A stretch of DNA of 64,000 bases, from positions 96,001 to 160,000 of IMG/VR virus record IMGVR_UViG_3300037245_001077; one strand, written 5' to 3'. Source of the DNA: a virus. The notes below the pieces were generated by a model. The model ran no database searches, was not told where the DNA came from, and saw only the letters and a program-made list of their open reading frames with translations. This document shows, piece by piece, positions 47,044 to 57,071 of the stretch; position 1 is the stretch's first letter; every line of letters starts with the position of its first letter. The translations under genes and the position numbers were made by a program.

Positions 47044-48624
47044 GTGGCTATTGATCGTCCCCCTATGTGGCAGACCTCCACGCCTTTCCTTGAGTTCTAT
47101 GTTAACGGCGTGGATATCCTGCGTTCTTCTGACGGTAAACCTCGCACCCTAATCTCTTTCACTCACAACAACATATTGAATGGTAACGGTAGTTGGACGT
47201 TGGAAGTATTTGACCCTAGCTACGTGGCGATTGAAGAGCTACTCTTCGTTACCGCAGGAGAAGGAGGGTCACTTGATACAGCAAAAGAGAGTTATGGTGA
47301 AGCCAAATCAAATCAGGACACCAAATTTATGTTGACTCATCCCGCGATATTTCGATATGGTTACGTGTCCAAAGATGGGAAAGAGATTGCTATCCCTTCT
47401 GTAGGAGGAGAGTTCTTCGTTGGATCGATCACTGGGTATGTACCTACCTTCCAAACTAACGGTACTCACCTACTAATTGAAGGACAAGTACTTGGTTCCA
47501 CCCAACTGAAAAATAGACGGATCAACACCGCTTACTACGACAAAGATATCGCTACGATTATCGAAGATGTGTGTCGTCGGATGGAGTGGACACTGGTCCC
47601 TCTAGGAGAACCACCCGGTACAGAAGAACTACCAGAAGGTAAACGCCCTGAGCCTCTGTTGGTACCTACAGTAAATATCGAAACCACAGAAGAGCAGCCT
47701 GTAACCTATCGCACCCAAGAAAATGAAGATGCCTATAAGTTCATCGTGCGTCTACTGAACAAGGCTCGTCCAAAGGATGGCAAGCTCGGTCCATATATGT
47801 GTAGACTAGAGTATCGAGCTTCAGGGATAGACGGATCTGCGACAACTACAGACATTGAACCCAAAGGTTATCTCTATTATGGCCCTACGGACGCTATGCT
47901 GGCCCCTGTACGCAATTACGTGTACATGCGTGACCCCCACTCGGACGTAATCTCCTTTTCACCCTCAGTGGCCGTAGCAACGGCACGCGCCTCTATTGGG
48001 GGTAGCTTGATTGCTAAGTCAGATGATAAGCGACTAGGTGAGCAGGTAGCGCATGAGTATACCGAGGTAGATCGGTACGTAAAGTACTTCAGTGAACGCA
48101 GAGGTAGGCTATCTTACCCTCTAGCAGAGATGGGTACGTTTCAAGAAGGTGAACCTGAGAGTCCTGAAAAGATAAACCAGATGGAAATGGCGAATACTAG
48201 TTCTAACGCTTTTGCAACAGGGAAGAAGTTCAGTACGGAAGAACCAGGGAATGAAATGTCTGTCCATGTGACAGACCGTTACCTGTCTGATCGACAAACA
48301 ATGGACTTTTTTCTCCGGGCTAATCTGTTTGTCAACTCTGCTTCGTTAGAAATCCATGGTGATCCTTCTCCAGAGCTTATGCCCCAACATAATGTGGCTG
48401 TGTATCTCTTTATCCCTACGCCTGAAGATGAGTTACGCATTCATTGGATTTCTAGTGTTTGGTTAATCATGGGAGCGATACACAATATCAGTATGGGAGC
48501 GTACACTACTACTCTTCAGCTTACTAAAACAGCCACACAACAAAGCGGGGTCACGTCTAGGGCAGCGTACAACTCCCTTATCGAAACGATGGATGCTGGT
48601 GCTATGAAGAGATTAGGGGGCTAG
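47044..48624 (+). CDS. baseplate hub protein (gp27 / gpD-like)
   Basis: Position; FRYGY, VISFSP and ASLEIHGDP...W.I....HNISMGAYTTTLQL motifs. Confidence 0.75.
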   Translation: MAIDRPPMWQTSTPFLEFYVNGVDILRSSDGKPRTLISFTHNNILNGNGSWTLEVFDPSYVAIEELLFVTAGEGGSLDTAKESYGEAKSNQDTKFMLTHPAIFRYGYVSKDGKEIAIPSVGGEFFVGSITGYVPTFQTNGTHLLIEGQVLGSTQLKNRRINTAYYDKDIATIIEDVCRRMEWTLVPLGEPPGTEELPEGKRPEPLLVPTVNIETTEEQPVTYRTQENEDAYKFIVRLLNKARPKDGKLGPYMCRLEYRASGIDGSATTTDIEPKGYLYYGPTDAMLAPVRNYVYMRDPHSDVISFSPSVAVATARASIGGSLIAKSDDKRLGEQVAHEYTEVDRYVKYFSERRGRLSYPLAEMGTFQEGEPESPEKINQMEMANTSSNAFATGKKFSTEEPGNEMSVHVTDRYLSDRQTMDFFLRANLFVNSASLEIHGDPSPELMPQHNVAVYLFIPTPEDELRIHWISSVWLIMGAIHNISMGAYTTTLQLTKTATQQSGVTSRAAYNSLIETMDAGAMKRLGG

Positions 48625-48625
48625 T

Positions 48626-49948
48626 GTGCCTAGGCGTAGAAGCTTATTTGAAGATGATCTAAACCCGTTTAAGACGGTTACTGATTGGAAGTTTGGTCGA
48701 GGTGCGCATCTTCGTGGAAACAATATCATTGTTCGGGGAAGAGTAGAGTACAACCGTGACCCTGATCATCGAGGGAGAGTCATGGTCCGTGTTTTAGAAG
48801 ACGGGCCAGAGATGCAGATCAGTAACCCACAGCTCCCTCGTGTAGCTACCTTTGATCTTGGTTGGTGTGACCCAATGTTCACCCACAGCTCAGGTATGGG
48901 CTTTGGGTCTTTCTCTGTTCCTATCGTTGGAGCCAGAGTTTTCGTTATGTATGAACGTGGGGCTGAAGAGAACCCTGTCTATTTTGGGGGGTGGTTCGCT
49001 AACACTCCTCGTAAGCGTAGATATGGAGCTACCAAATCTACACTTAAACCTCCAATTGTAGAGTTTGAAGATGATCCTGGGTACAATGAAGAGGGTGAGG
49101 TTGGAGCTGGAGGGAAGTATCAGTACCCACCTAAGCCCCCTCCTTACCATGGGAACTGGCAAGAAGAGCAAGGGCCTGAGTTACCCCTAGAATTGTCAGA
49201 GATGCTTGACCATACACCGGACACTCATCTATTTTTCAAGACTCTTAAAGGGGCTTCATTAATAGTCAAAGAGCGGGATGAGGTCGAGGAGTTGTCCCTG
49301 ATTGACCACATGGGGGCGGGTCTCCATATTAGCTCACACACCTTACTTTCAGAGGAAGGTGTTACGCGGAGAGGGCGCGTTTCAGCATGGGAACATGAAC
49401 CTATAACGCTGGATAACCTATCCAATGAAAGTCACACTTTACTCTTAACGACTGCTACAAAAGCTGGGTTAGAAATAGAAGCTAGTATCTATGGTTATGA
49501 CTCACTTAGCCTACAAATTCACCCAGAGCAAGACATTAAGAAGAACATAGAAGTAATGCCCACACGAGTAGCTGTGGAGCTAGATGAAGGTGAACAACGA
49601 GTACGTATTTTGTACATGGAGCAGGGGGAAGAGGTTGGTTCTATTACCTTTGATGCTGCGGGTAGGAAGTTAGACATACAGGGGATTGAGCGTACTCGTA
49701 TTTTTGCTAGCGAAGATATCGTATTGCTTTCTCCTAAGATACGTGTTCTTGGGGACTTAGATGTTGAAGGAGAAATTCGACACATGGGGGGCAAGAAATT
49801 TACTTTCTTGGACAACGATATGGAGCCTTACGGTTCTCAAACACGAAACTATTGGCCGTTTAGAGAGAGCACTAATCCGTATCCGTATCACGACTCAAAG
49901 TATGATCGGAAAGCGGCGACTAAATCTAATGAACGTAGGTGGTGGTAA
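48626..49948 (+). CDS. baseplate spike protein (gp5/VgrG OB-fold)
   Basis: GRVEYNRDPDHRGRVMVRV and VPIVGARVFVMYERGAEENPVYFGG. Confidence 0.88.
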   Translation: MPRRRSLFEDDLNPFKTVTDWKFGRGAHLRGNNIIVRGRVEYNRDPDHRGRVMVRVLEDGPEMQISNPQLPRVATFDLGWCDPMFTHSSGMGFGSFSVPIVGARVFVMYERGAEENPVYFGGWFANTPRKRRYGATKSTLKPPIVEFEDDPGYNEEGEVGAGGKYQYPPKPPPYHGNWQEEQGPELPLELSEMLDHTPDTHLFFKTLKGASLIVKERDEVEELSLIDHMGAGLHISSHTLLSEEGVTRRGRVSAWEHEPITLDNLSNESHTLLLTTATKAGLEIEASIYGYDSLSLQIHPEQDIKKNIEVMPTRVAVELDEGEQRVRILYMEQGEEVGSITFDAAGRKLDIQGIERTRIFASEDIVLLSPKIRVLGDLDVEGEIRHMGGKKFTFLDNDMEPYGSQTRNYWPFRESTNPYPYHDSKYDRKAATKSNERRWW

Positions 49949-52900
49949 TGGCTACTAAACACGACAGAGCTAAGGGTGATATCCGAGATTTGTACGCCTA
50001 CTATCGATTTACAGATCATGAGATGACTAATATCACGGTGAAGGATACTTCCTTAACAAAGGAAGAGGTGTGGTTTGAAGGGCATATGAGTTGGGCTTTT
50101 ATAAAATGTACCTTCACTAAGCCTTTCCATTATGGAGTTGAGGGGGCACATCTGTCAGAGGATATGCGGGGTACCGTGGAAAATGAAGAACCCTTTCCTC
50201 CGTATGGGTCTAATGGGTTGAACTTCACTGATTGTACGATGACAGCCCCCTTTGAAATTAAGGATAATTGTGTGGCTGTGTTTGTGCGTTGTACCTTTAC
50301 GGAAAGTATAACTATTGAGGACAACTCTAAGGTAGAATTCATAGAATGTACCTTCACTAAAGGTCTTAATTTCAAACTTTTTTGTGAGGCAAAGTTTACT
50401 CGTTGCGATTTACTTCAACAAGATTTTTGTATTGATGCTGCTGATCATTGTAACTTCCATTTTAATAACTGTACCCACGGAAACCCAGCAGATAAAGCTG
50501 CTTTTGGTTTTGATAATGACTGTACGGCTGTTTTTCATAGTGAGGATAAAATTAGTTTGAGTGCTATCAAAGAAGTATTCAAACTTAATAATGCTTGTGT
50601 TGTTAAGGTGTACAACTACGGAGCTATTAAGTCTGTAGATCTTCCTATGGCCAGTGTAACGGATAACTCTAAAATTGAAATTTACAAGACCGCCCATTTG
50701 TCTAGTGATGGGTCTGACATCTTTAAAGTTGTTGACAGTGAAATGTACATGAAAGAAGTAGAGTACTGTGGTTGTCCTATAGGACGCCCTATTTACGCTG
50801 AAAATAGTCTTGTTCGTAGCATAGATGTAGACCTCATAAAAGGAGAAAAAGGCATAGCTATTGAGGCTATTGACTCTGAAGTCAATATTGTGAACACTCC
50901 AATTATCCAAAGTGATTTGAGCATAGCCATTTATGCTTTAAACAGTAAGCTAGCTTTCTCTGATATCACAGAAAAAATATTCTCAGGATTACAAACAGCC
51001 ATTTATGTAGATGGTACTACAGAGATGCTCGTGCGTCGTTGCCCCCTAATTGAGTCAGGGCAAAGAGTGGCTATCTATATTGACAACGGAGCTTGGTTAA
51101 ACTGTAACGATGTGGATGTTGTTCTAAGTGGAGCATCTACAGCAATCAAAGTACTTAATGGTGGTAGATGGACAGACAAAACAGGTACTCGTAGAGAAGG
51201 AATTGAGTACGGTCTTGATGCTACTGACGCTACAATCGAAATTGATACTGTAGGTAGATATGTAAGTGCCGATTTTGTAGGTATCCAACTTGTTAACTGT
51301 GGCTATGACCTTCGTAATATAGCCTTAATTGAAGGACTGCTTGGGGGGTTACACACTACAAATGGGCAGGGGGTTGTGTTTAACTTAGGAGATCTTCTTG
51401 GTACTGAGGGTCCAGGTGTCCTTATTAACGGAGCTTCTGGCCCAACAGAATGGGATACGATCTCTTTGATTGAATCTTCAATAGAAACAGCTTGGGTAGT
51501 CTCAGGAGATCTTTATGGATTGCGAGCGGCAAAGATTGGAATGATTAGATCTGAGCAAAACCATGCTATTGATTGGAATCAAAGTGGTGGAGATGTTTTT
51601 TTGTATGACATTAACACTATTGAATCTCTACAAGAATCGGCTGTTATATGCACAGTAAATGGGCGTCTTCGCTTTGAGAAAGTCAACTCTATAACCTCAG
51701 AAGAAAAAGAAGCTATGTTTGTTACGGTTGATGGGGGAGAAGCTTTCTTCAATGATATCGTGACTATCGAAGCTCCTATGAAGACAGCTCTTACTATAGC
51801 TGTGAATAGTGGTGAGGCTCACTTCAACGAGGTACAGCATGTTATCTCAGAACAAGAGACTGCTATAGCTTTAACTGTAGCTGAAGGGGCTACTCTTCGT
51901 TATAATGAGTTCAATGATATTACCTCTGAGATGGGTACAGCTATAGAAGGAACTGTATCTGGTGAGCTTATTGTAACTAACGGTGTCATCATTGAAAGTC
52001 AGATGGCAAGCGGTATACTTTTAGATGGAGAAGGGGCCACGTATTCTTTCATTCGGTTTGCAGACATTGGTTCTGTTAAATCAGCTCAACTAGATGATCA
52101 CTTAGTTGGGATTACTTCTTGTTCTTATATCCAACTGCACAAAATTCCTAGCTTTGAAATGGGCACAGGTGGTGCTTCTAGTTACATTGTTTATCTTCGA
52201 GGGAATGGGGGTAATTTTGGACGCTGTGAAGTAATTGACTGCCCAAGTCTTACTGCTGTTGTAGGACGTGGTGGTTTGTATCTCCGAAACTTTTTTGACT
52301 TTGATGTTGTGTGCTCCAGAGAAAAAGGGAAAATAACTATAGAGACATCTGAGGGGGGATATGTATTTGGTGTGATCGGGTGTAATGGCCGTATTGCTAA
52401 TTTTAGTGAGATTGTAGATAACTCCAACAAGGCGGCAAAAGGAATTATAATTTACGGGTTACTCGGTGGTGCTCCAGGTAATGTACAGATTTGGAATGTA
52501 GACACTATTCAGGCGAAAGAAACAGCAATAGATATTGCTACTTACGGTCACGTTCAGATGTTTAATGTTGGTGAAATTAAAACTCCTGAAGGCTTCCCTG
52601 CAATGAGAGTTAGTGATGGGCAGGTTACAATACAGGGGGGAAGTTCTCATACTAAACTTAGTGCGAAAGAACCTACGTCTGAGGTTTTTCAGATCATAGG
52701 TACAAGTAGAGTTGATTTCATCAAAGTAGAGACAGAAGTGAATAAGGGTATAACGTTTATTAACAACGCAAAAAATTGTTTTTTCTACGATTGTATTCTT
52801 AATGGAACGGTTAAAACATCCAACTCTTCTGTAGAGTTCTTTGACACAGAAACTACTAGTGGTTATGACATTAGCAGTAGTGCGATAAAGTGGTTCAATA

Positions 52901-54003
52901 GTACAATAAAAGTTGGCCAGAATGATGGGACAACAAAAAAGTTTGAGGCTAATGGTTCTTCTCTTCAGTTCATGACAACTACTATAGAGGGGTCAGAAGA
53001 CATTATTATCTCTGACTCTGATGTTTTAATGCAGCATACAAACGGGGGGTCTTTCAGTGGTAAGTTAGAGCTTACTGGTAGTGGTTCTGTCTTCTTGGGT
53101 ACTACTTTCTCAGGGGCTAGTGAAGCTTCTTTCGACAGCGCAACAGGTGTTCTTCTTGCCTCTTGTGACCTCCCAGATGTTAAAGCTAATGGTGGTGTAG
53201 CTGCTTTTTGTAGCACTTTAAAGAGCGTAGACGTAGGAAATTCTGCTGCTTTCTTAAGCTTGAAAGATACTATTAGTGGTTCTTTAACCCTACAAAGTGG
53301 CGCAGGTGCTATTTTAAATAGCTCTAGTGTTACAGGTTCTCTTACAAGTCAAGGAAGTGCTGGTATTATCTTAAACAGCTCTGATGTTTCAGGATCGCTT
53401 TCTCTTGGTAGTGGAGATGGTCTTATAGCTAATAGATTTTCTACTGGTACTTTAGCTACTAGTAGTAACAATGGTTGTATACTTAGTGCTGTAGATTTTT
53501 CTTCCCTTACAATTGACACAACTAGTGGTGTTGTTGGAGCTAAATTAGCTGGAGGAGCGGATATAAGTGGATCATTAGTAGTAGCAGAGGGGCCGGTAAG
53601 TACCTCTTGGGCTGTAAGTGGATCGCTTGTTAGCGCGGGATTAGGTATTGCAAACACGACTAGTTCTGGGGCAGCAGTTATGGCTGGTGGTGGTGCGGCT
53701 GGATCAGGAGCGGCAGTTATGGTTTTTGGTGCTGCTTATACTCAGAATCCACCAAGTGGTATGGCAAATCCTAGAAGTGGTATTCGGGTTTACACTAATG
53801 TTGTACATTTATGGGATGAGTATGGTAGCACAGAAGGAGGAGGGAGTGGAACTTCTATGATGTTAGGGGTGGGTGCTGGTCCTTGGGTAGGGGAAGGATA
53901 TCACCTTGATACTAAGAGTCAAGTGCGTAGTGCAGCAACCAGTATATACGATATCGCTCCTGTTATTCACCACAACTTAGGTGAAGGGTTCATCATAGAC
54001 TAA
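49948..54003 (+). CDS. giant beta-solenoid protein (spike extension candidate)
   Basis: TAATG coupling; regular 19- and 24-aa beta rungs; C-terminal IYDIAPVIHHN. Confidence 0.7.
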   Translation: MATKHDRAKGDIRDLYAYYRFTDHEMTNITVKDTSLTKEEVWFEGHMSWAFIKCTFTKPFHYGVEGAHLSEDMRGTVENEEPFPPYGSNGLNFTDCTMTAPFEIKDNCVAVFVRCTFTESITIEDNSKVEFIECTFTKGLNFKLFCEAKFTRCDLLQQDFCIDAADHCNFHFNNCTHGNPADKAAFGFDNDCTAVFHSEDKISLSAIKEVFKLNNACVVKVYNYGAIKSVDLPMASVTDNSKIEIYKTAHLSSDGSDIFKVVDSEMYMKEVEYCGCPIGRPIYAENSLVRSIDVDLIKGEKGIAIEAIDSEVNIVNTPIIQSDLSIAIYALNSKLAFSDITEKIFSGLQTAIYVDGTTEMLVRRCPLIESGQRVAIYIDNGAWLNCNDVDVVLSGASTAIKVLNGGRWTDKTGTRREGIEYGLDATDATIEIDTVGRYVSADFVGIQLVNCGYDLRNIALIEGLLGGLHTTNGQGVVFNLGDLLGTEGPGVLINGASGPTEWDTISLIESSIETAWVVSGDLYGLRAAKIGMIRSEQNHAIDWNQSGGDVFLYDINTIESLQESAVICTVNGRLRFEKVNSITSEEKEAMFVTVDGGEAFFNDIVTIEAPMKTALTIAVNSGEAHFNEVQHVISEQETAIALTVAEGATLRYNEFNDITSEMGTAIEGTVSGELIVTNGVIIESQMASGILLDGEGATYSFIRFADIGSVKSAQLDDHLVGITSCSYIQLHKIPSFEMGTGGASSYIVYLRGNGGNFGRCEVIDCPSLTAVVGRGGLYLRNFFDFDVVCSREKGKITIETSEGGYVFGVIGCNGRIANFSEIVDNSNKAAKGIIIYGLLGGAPGNVQIWNVDTIQAKETAIDIATYGHVQMFNVGEIKTPEGFPAMRVSDGQVTIQGGSSHTKLSAKEPTSEVFQIIGTSRVDFIKVETEVNKGITFINNAKNCFFYDCILNGTVKTSNSSVEFFDTETTSGYDISSSAIKWFNSTIKVGQNDGTTKKFEANGSSLQFMTTTIEGSEDIIISDSDVLMQHTNGGSFSGKLELTGSGSVFLGTTFSGASEASFDSATGVLLASCDLPDVKANGGVAAFCSTLKSVDVGNSAAFLSLKDTISGSLTLQSGAGAILNSSSVTGSLTSQGSAGIILNSSDVSGSLSLGSGDGLIANRFSTGTLATSSNNGCILSAVDFSSLTIDTTSGVVGAKLAGGADISGSLVVAEGPVSTSWAVSGSLVSAGLGIANTTSSGAAVMAGGGAAGSGAAVMVFGAAYTQNPPSGMANPRSGIRVYTNVVHLWDEYGSTEGGGSGTSMMLGVGAGPWVGEGYHLDTKSQVRSAATSIYDIAPVIHHNLGEGFIID

Positions 54004-54012
54004 GGAGTTAGT

Positions 54013-54327
54013 ATGAGTTGTGAATTTGTTACTTATATTGCGGTTCTTGGTAATGTTACTAACCAAGATGACCATATTGTTGATGTGGGTTCGTACCAGG
54101 CGTCTACTTTCTCTAAAGGAATATTAATAGCTGTACATGGTTCTGATACAGATACTCCAGCAAATTTAATTGAAATTCCTGTGGCTACTACTTTTATTGA
54201 AGGTATTCCTATGTCTCATATTCTTACCCAAGTAGATGATGACCCAGATAATCATTGGGTAGCTGAGGGGGATGAGGTAGTAGAGCCTACAGATATGGTA
54301 ACACTTGTAGCGTTTGACTGTGGTTAA
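54013..54327 (+). CDS. degenerate PAAR-like spike tip protein
   Basis: IAVLG..T...IVDVGS..STFSKGILIAVHGS...TTFIEGIPMSH follows the three-fold PAAR pattern. Confidence 0.55.
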   Translation: MSCEFVTYIAVLGNVTNQDDHIVDVGSYQASTFSKGILIAVHGSDTDTPANLIEIPVATTFIEGIPMSHILTQVDDDPDNHWVAEGDEVVEPTDMVTLVAFDCG

Positions 54328-54332
54328 GGATA

Positions 54333-55001
54333 ATGATGTATACGTACCAAATGCAGTACCCGAACATGAATACCCCGAAGTACACACCTCGGGGTGTTCG
54401 GCCCGGTATGTTGAGCAAACTCAATGAGATCCAAATAGATGTTTCAGAATTGAAACCTGTTCCAGTTGATATCCCACAAGTGGCAATTGCTATATGGTTA
54501 TCCGCCTGGATAAACGCAATTAATAAGCTTAATAGGGAATTGATGGGGGCTTTTATGGGAGAGACACCGAGTGTCTTCACCCATTCGTGTAACGTCCGAA
54601 GATACACCTCCATCTATGAAGTAGTTACTTACCTCAACACGATAGCCTACCCCTATGGTTGGAGTTACCACCTTAGTCGAGTAGCCACGTGGGAAGATGT
54701 GAAGCTCGCTTTGCTGGAGGGCTTTACCGTGATGGCAGGGGGAACTGTCTATTCTAGCTTCGATAAAGCGGTACATACAGGCGTCGTTCCTATGCCTAAG
54801 CCCGAAGAGGATTTATTGGGTGGGCAGATTGTGAATATCGTTGGTTTCAATCAAGAAACAGACATGGCACTAGCGATAGGAAATATGGGAATGGATGTAG
54901 GTAAGCAGGGGATGTTCCAATATCGAGGGTCACATCTTCGTAACTTAGGGATCTTCCGCGACTACTTCCTCCTTACTTCGAGGTATACTGATGCTAGTTA
55001 G
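54333..55001 (+). CDS. papain (C1A)-fold protein lacking catalytic residues
   Basis: VYSSF..TGVVPMPKPEEDLLGGQIVNIVGF...GNMG...GKQGMF aligns to the C1A GGHAV..VGY..NSWG..WG..GYF region. Confidence 0.65.
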   Translation: MMYTYQMQYPNMNTPKYTPRGVRPGMLSKLNEIQIDVSELKPVPVDIPQVAIAIWLSAWINAINKLNRELMGAFMGETPSVFTHSCNVRRYTSIYEVVTYLNTIAYPYGWSYHLSRVATWEDVKLALLEGFTVMAGGTVYSSFDKAVHTGVVPMPKPEEDLLGGQIVNIVGFNQETDMALAIGNMGMDVGKQGMFQYRGSHLRNLGIFRDYFLLTSRYTDAS

Positions 55002-55521
55002 TGATGAAGAACAACTTATCGTAAAAAACACGGTTGCTACCAACCTATTGGAGGTAGTAGGCCAAGGGATTGATTTCCCCCTGACGTTTACTCATTCAGC
55101 TCAAGTAGGGACAGTACAACAGTCTAACGCAGGAGAACGAATCAAGGATTCTATTCACCTCATTCTGGCTACTCGGATTGGGGAACGGCTTATGAATCCT
55201 GAGTTCGGGAGCCGGTTGTATCAGTTAGTGTTTGAACCTAATGATACAGTTTTGCAACGTCTACTGGTTTTCTACACCGCAGAGGCAATCCAACGGTGGG
55301 AGAAACGAGTGGAAATCGTTAAGGTTACAATTTTAGATAACCTTGAAGACCAGAGTACCGTGGGTATTCATATTTTATACAACATCCGTAACTCACACAT
55401 CCAAGGTAGTTATGTGTACCCCTTCGTGCGCGAGGGGATGCTTACTGGAGACCAGTATACGGGTGTAGAGGCAGAACAAATGTTGCATCCTGGTAGCGTG
55501 AGAGGATTAAGTCAGAGGTAA
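54991..55521 (+). CDS. baseplate wedge protein (gp25 / gpW-like)
   Basis: IKDSIHLILATRIGERLMNPEFGSRL..LVFEP and AIQRWEKRV. Confidence 0.92.
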   Translation: MLVSDEEQLIVKNTVATNLLEVVGQGIDFPLTFTHSAQVGTVQQSNAGERIKDSIHLILATRIGERLMNPEFGSRLYQLVFEPNDTVLQRLLVFYTAEAIQRWEKRVEIVKVTILDNLEDQSTVGIHILYNIRNSHIQGSYVYPFVREGMLTGDQYTGVEAEQMLHPGSVRGLSQR

Positions 55522-55523
55522 AT

Positions 55524-57062
55524 ATGGCAACCAAATACAAAGCAGACTACTTCCTTAAGGACTACGATACTATCCGCACGGAGATGATCGCTAGGCTTCC
55601 TATCCTTTCAGATGGCAAGCTAACTGATCTCAATGAGTCTTCAATTTCCGTTACCTTGGTAGAAGTTTTTGCGGCTATTGGGGACATGCTGGGTTTTTAC
55701 TTAGATGCGAATGCGCTTGAAGCGTTCCTCCCCACTGTTCGCCAGCCAGAGAACGTTTATCGTTTGACCAAGCTTATTGGATATCGTATCCGTGAGATGA
55801 CCTCGGCTCAAGCAGATGTACGCTTCACACTCGGGACTACGTTTTCTGAAGAGGTGTTTATCCCTAAGGGTACTCAACTCGGTACAGCTACCGGAGGTGG
55901 AGCGGGAGAGATTGGGCTGTTCCTCACAACTGAAAACACTACCATCCCTATTGGGGATTCAGTTAGTGAACTGGTTGGTGCTGTCCAGGGTTCCTCTTTC
56001 ACCGAGTCTTTTACTGGAGACGGAACTGCGGGTCAGTTTATCGTTCTTAGTGTACAAGAAATTGATCTTTCTACAATGGAGATCTATACCGGAAATATCA
56101 AGTGGTCTCAGGAAGAGACCTTCTTGTACAGTGAGCGTGATGATTTCGTGTATGTCATACAAACAGATCACCTTGGTGTAGTTCGCGTTTACTTTGGTGA
56201 TGGTAAGTATGGGCGTGTCCCATCTGTCGGTGAAACAATCACTGTGAACTACCTCCGCTCTGCGGGAGCACAAGGAAACGTTGGCGCTGATGCTATTGGT
56301 CTTGTGTTCTCAGATATCCGAACAGTCACTACTAATTCTAAAGTGACCAACATCTCGGTTACAAATCCCGAGTCAGCAGCCGGAGGAAGTGATCGTCAGT
56401 CCTTGGAGCAGGTGAAAACTAACGCTCCTGGTTCCCTGGCTGCGCTGTACCGGCCTTTAACCAAGTATGACTACAACGCTTTGATTGCACGACTAGGAGG
56501 CGTACAGCACGTGAATGTGTGGGGAGAACAAGAAGAAGAACCCCCATCATATGAGAATATGAACTGGGCTAACGTCTGCCTCGTACCTACTGGAGGAGGA
56601 TTACCCTCTGAAAACCTCCGTTCTATCGTGAAAGACTACCTGTTAGAGTGGCAGCCTATTACTGTGCGTATCCGTTTTATTGACCCCATGTACATCAGGC
56701 TTCAGGTGTCAATGAATGTGTACGTATTGCCAGGGTACTCACAAGAAGATGTTCGTATTAAAATCACGGATGATATCCGTGAGTTCTTTGACCTAGAGAA
56801 CGTAAGGTTCGGACAGGACATCCGTGCTTCTGTTTTCTATAAGATGGCCATGTCGTATGAAGAAGTAAACCACTGTGTGGTAAACAACTTCATTCAAGTG
56901 GCAGATGATGAAGTTGAAACAGATATCGGGCAAGAAGCTATCCTTCAAAAGTGGCACATTCCCGTGCTAGATGAGCTTACAGTTCTCTTACATGAGGCTG
57001 TGGAACTCCCAGTTCCTGACCTCTACCCCGATGAAGAAATTGAACCCCCTTGGAACGTATAG
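55524..57062 (+). CDS. baseplate wedge protein (gp6 / baseplate J-like)
   Basis: KDYDTIR, EAFLPT, LIGY, VYFGDGKYGRVP, GAQGNVGA and AAGGSDRQS motifs. Confidence 0.9.
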   Translation: MATKYKADYFLKDYDTIRTEMIARLPILSDGKLTDLNESSISVTLVEVFAAIGDMLGFYLDANALEAFLPTVRQPENVYRLTKLIGYRIREMTSAQADVRFTLGTTFSEEVFIPKGTQLGTATGGGAGEIGLFLTTENTTIPIGDSVSELVGAVQGSSFTESFTGDGTAGQFIVLSVQEIDLSTMEIYTGNIKWSQEETFLYSERDDFVYVIQTDHLGVVRVYFGDGKYGRVPSVGETITVNYLRSAGAQGNVGADAIGLVFSDIRTVTTNSKVTNISVTNPESAAGGSDRQSLEQVKTNAPGSLAALYRPLTKYDYNALIARLGGVQHVNVWGEQEEEPPSYENMNWANVCLVPTGGGLPSENLRSIVKDYLLEWQPITVRIRFIDPMYIRLQVSMNVYVLPGYSQEDVRIKITDDIREFFDLENVRFGQDIRASVFYKMAMSYEEVNHCVVNNFIQVADDEVETDIGQEAILQKWHIPVLDELTVLLHEAVELPVPDLYPDEEIEPPWNV

Positions 57063-57071
57063 GAGTAGCTA

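Noticed and set aside
54333-55001. Active cysteine protease
   Set aside because: The catalytic Cys and His positions are substituted
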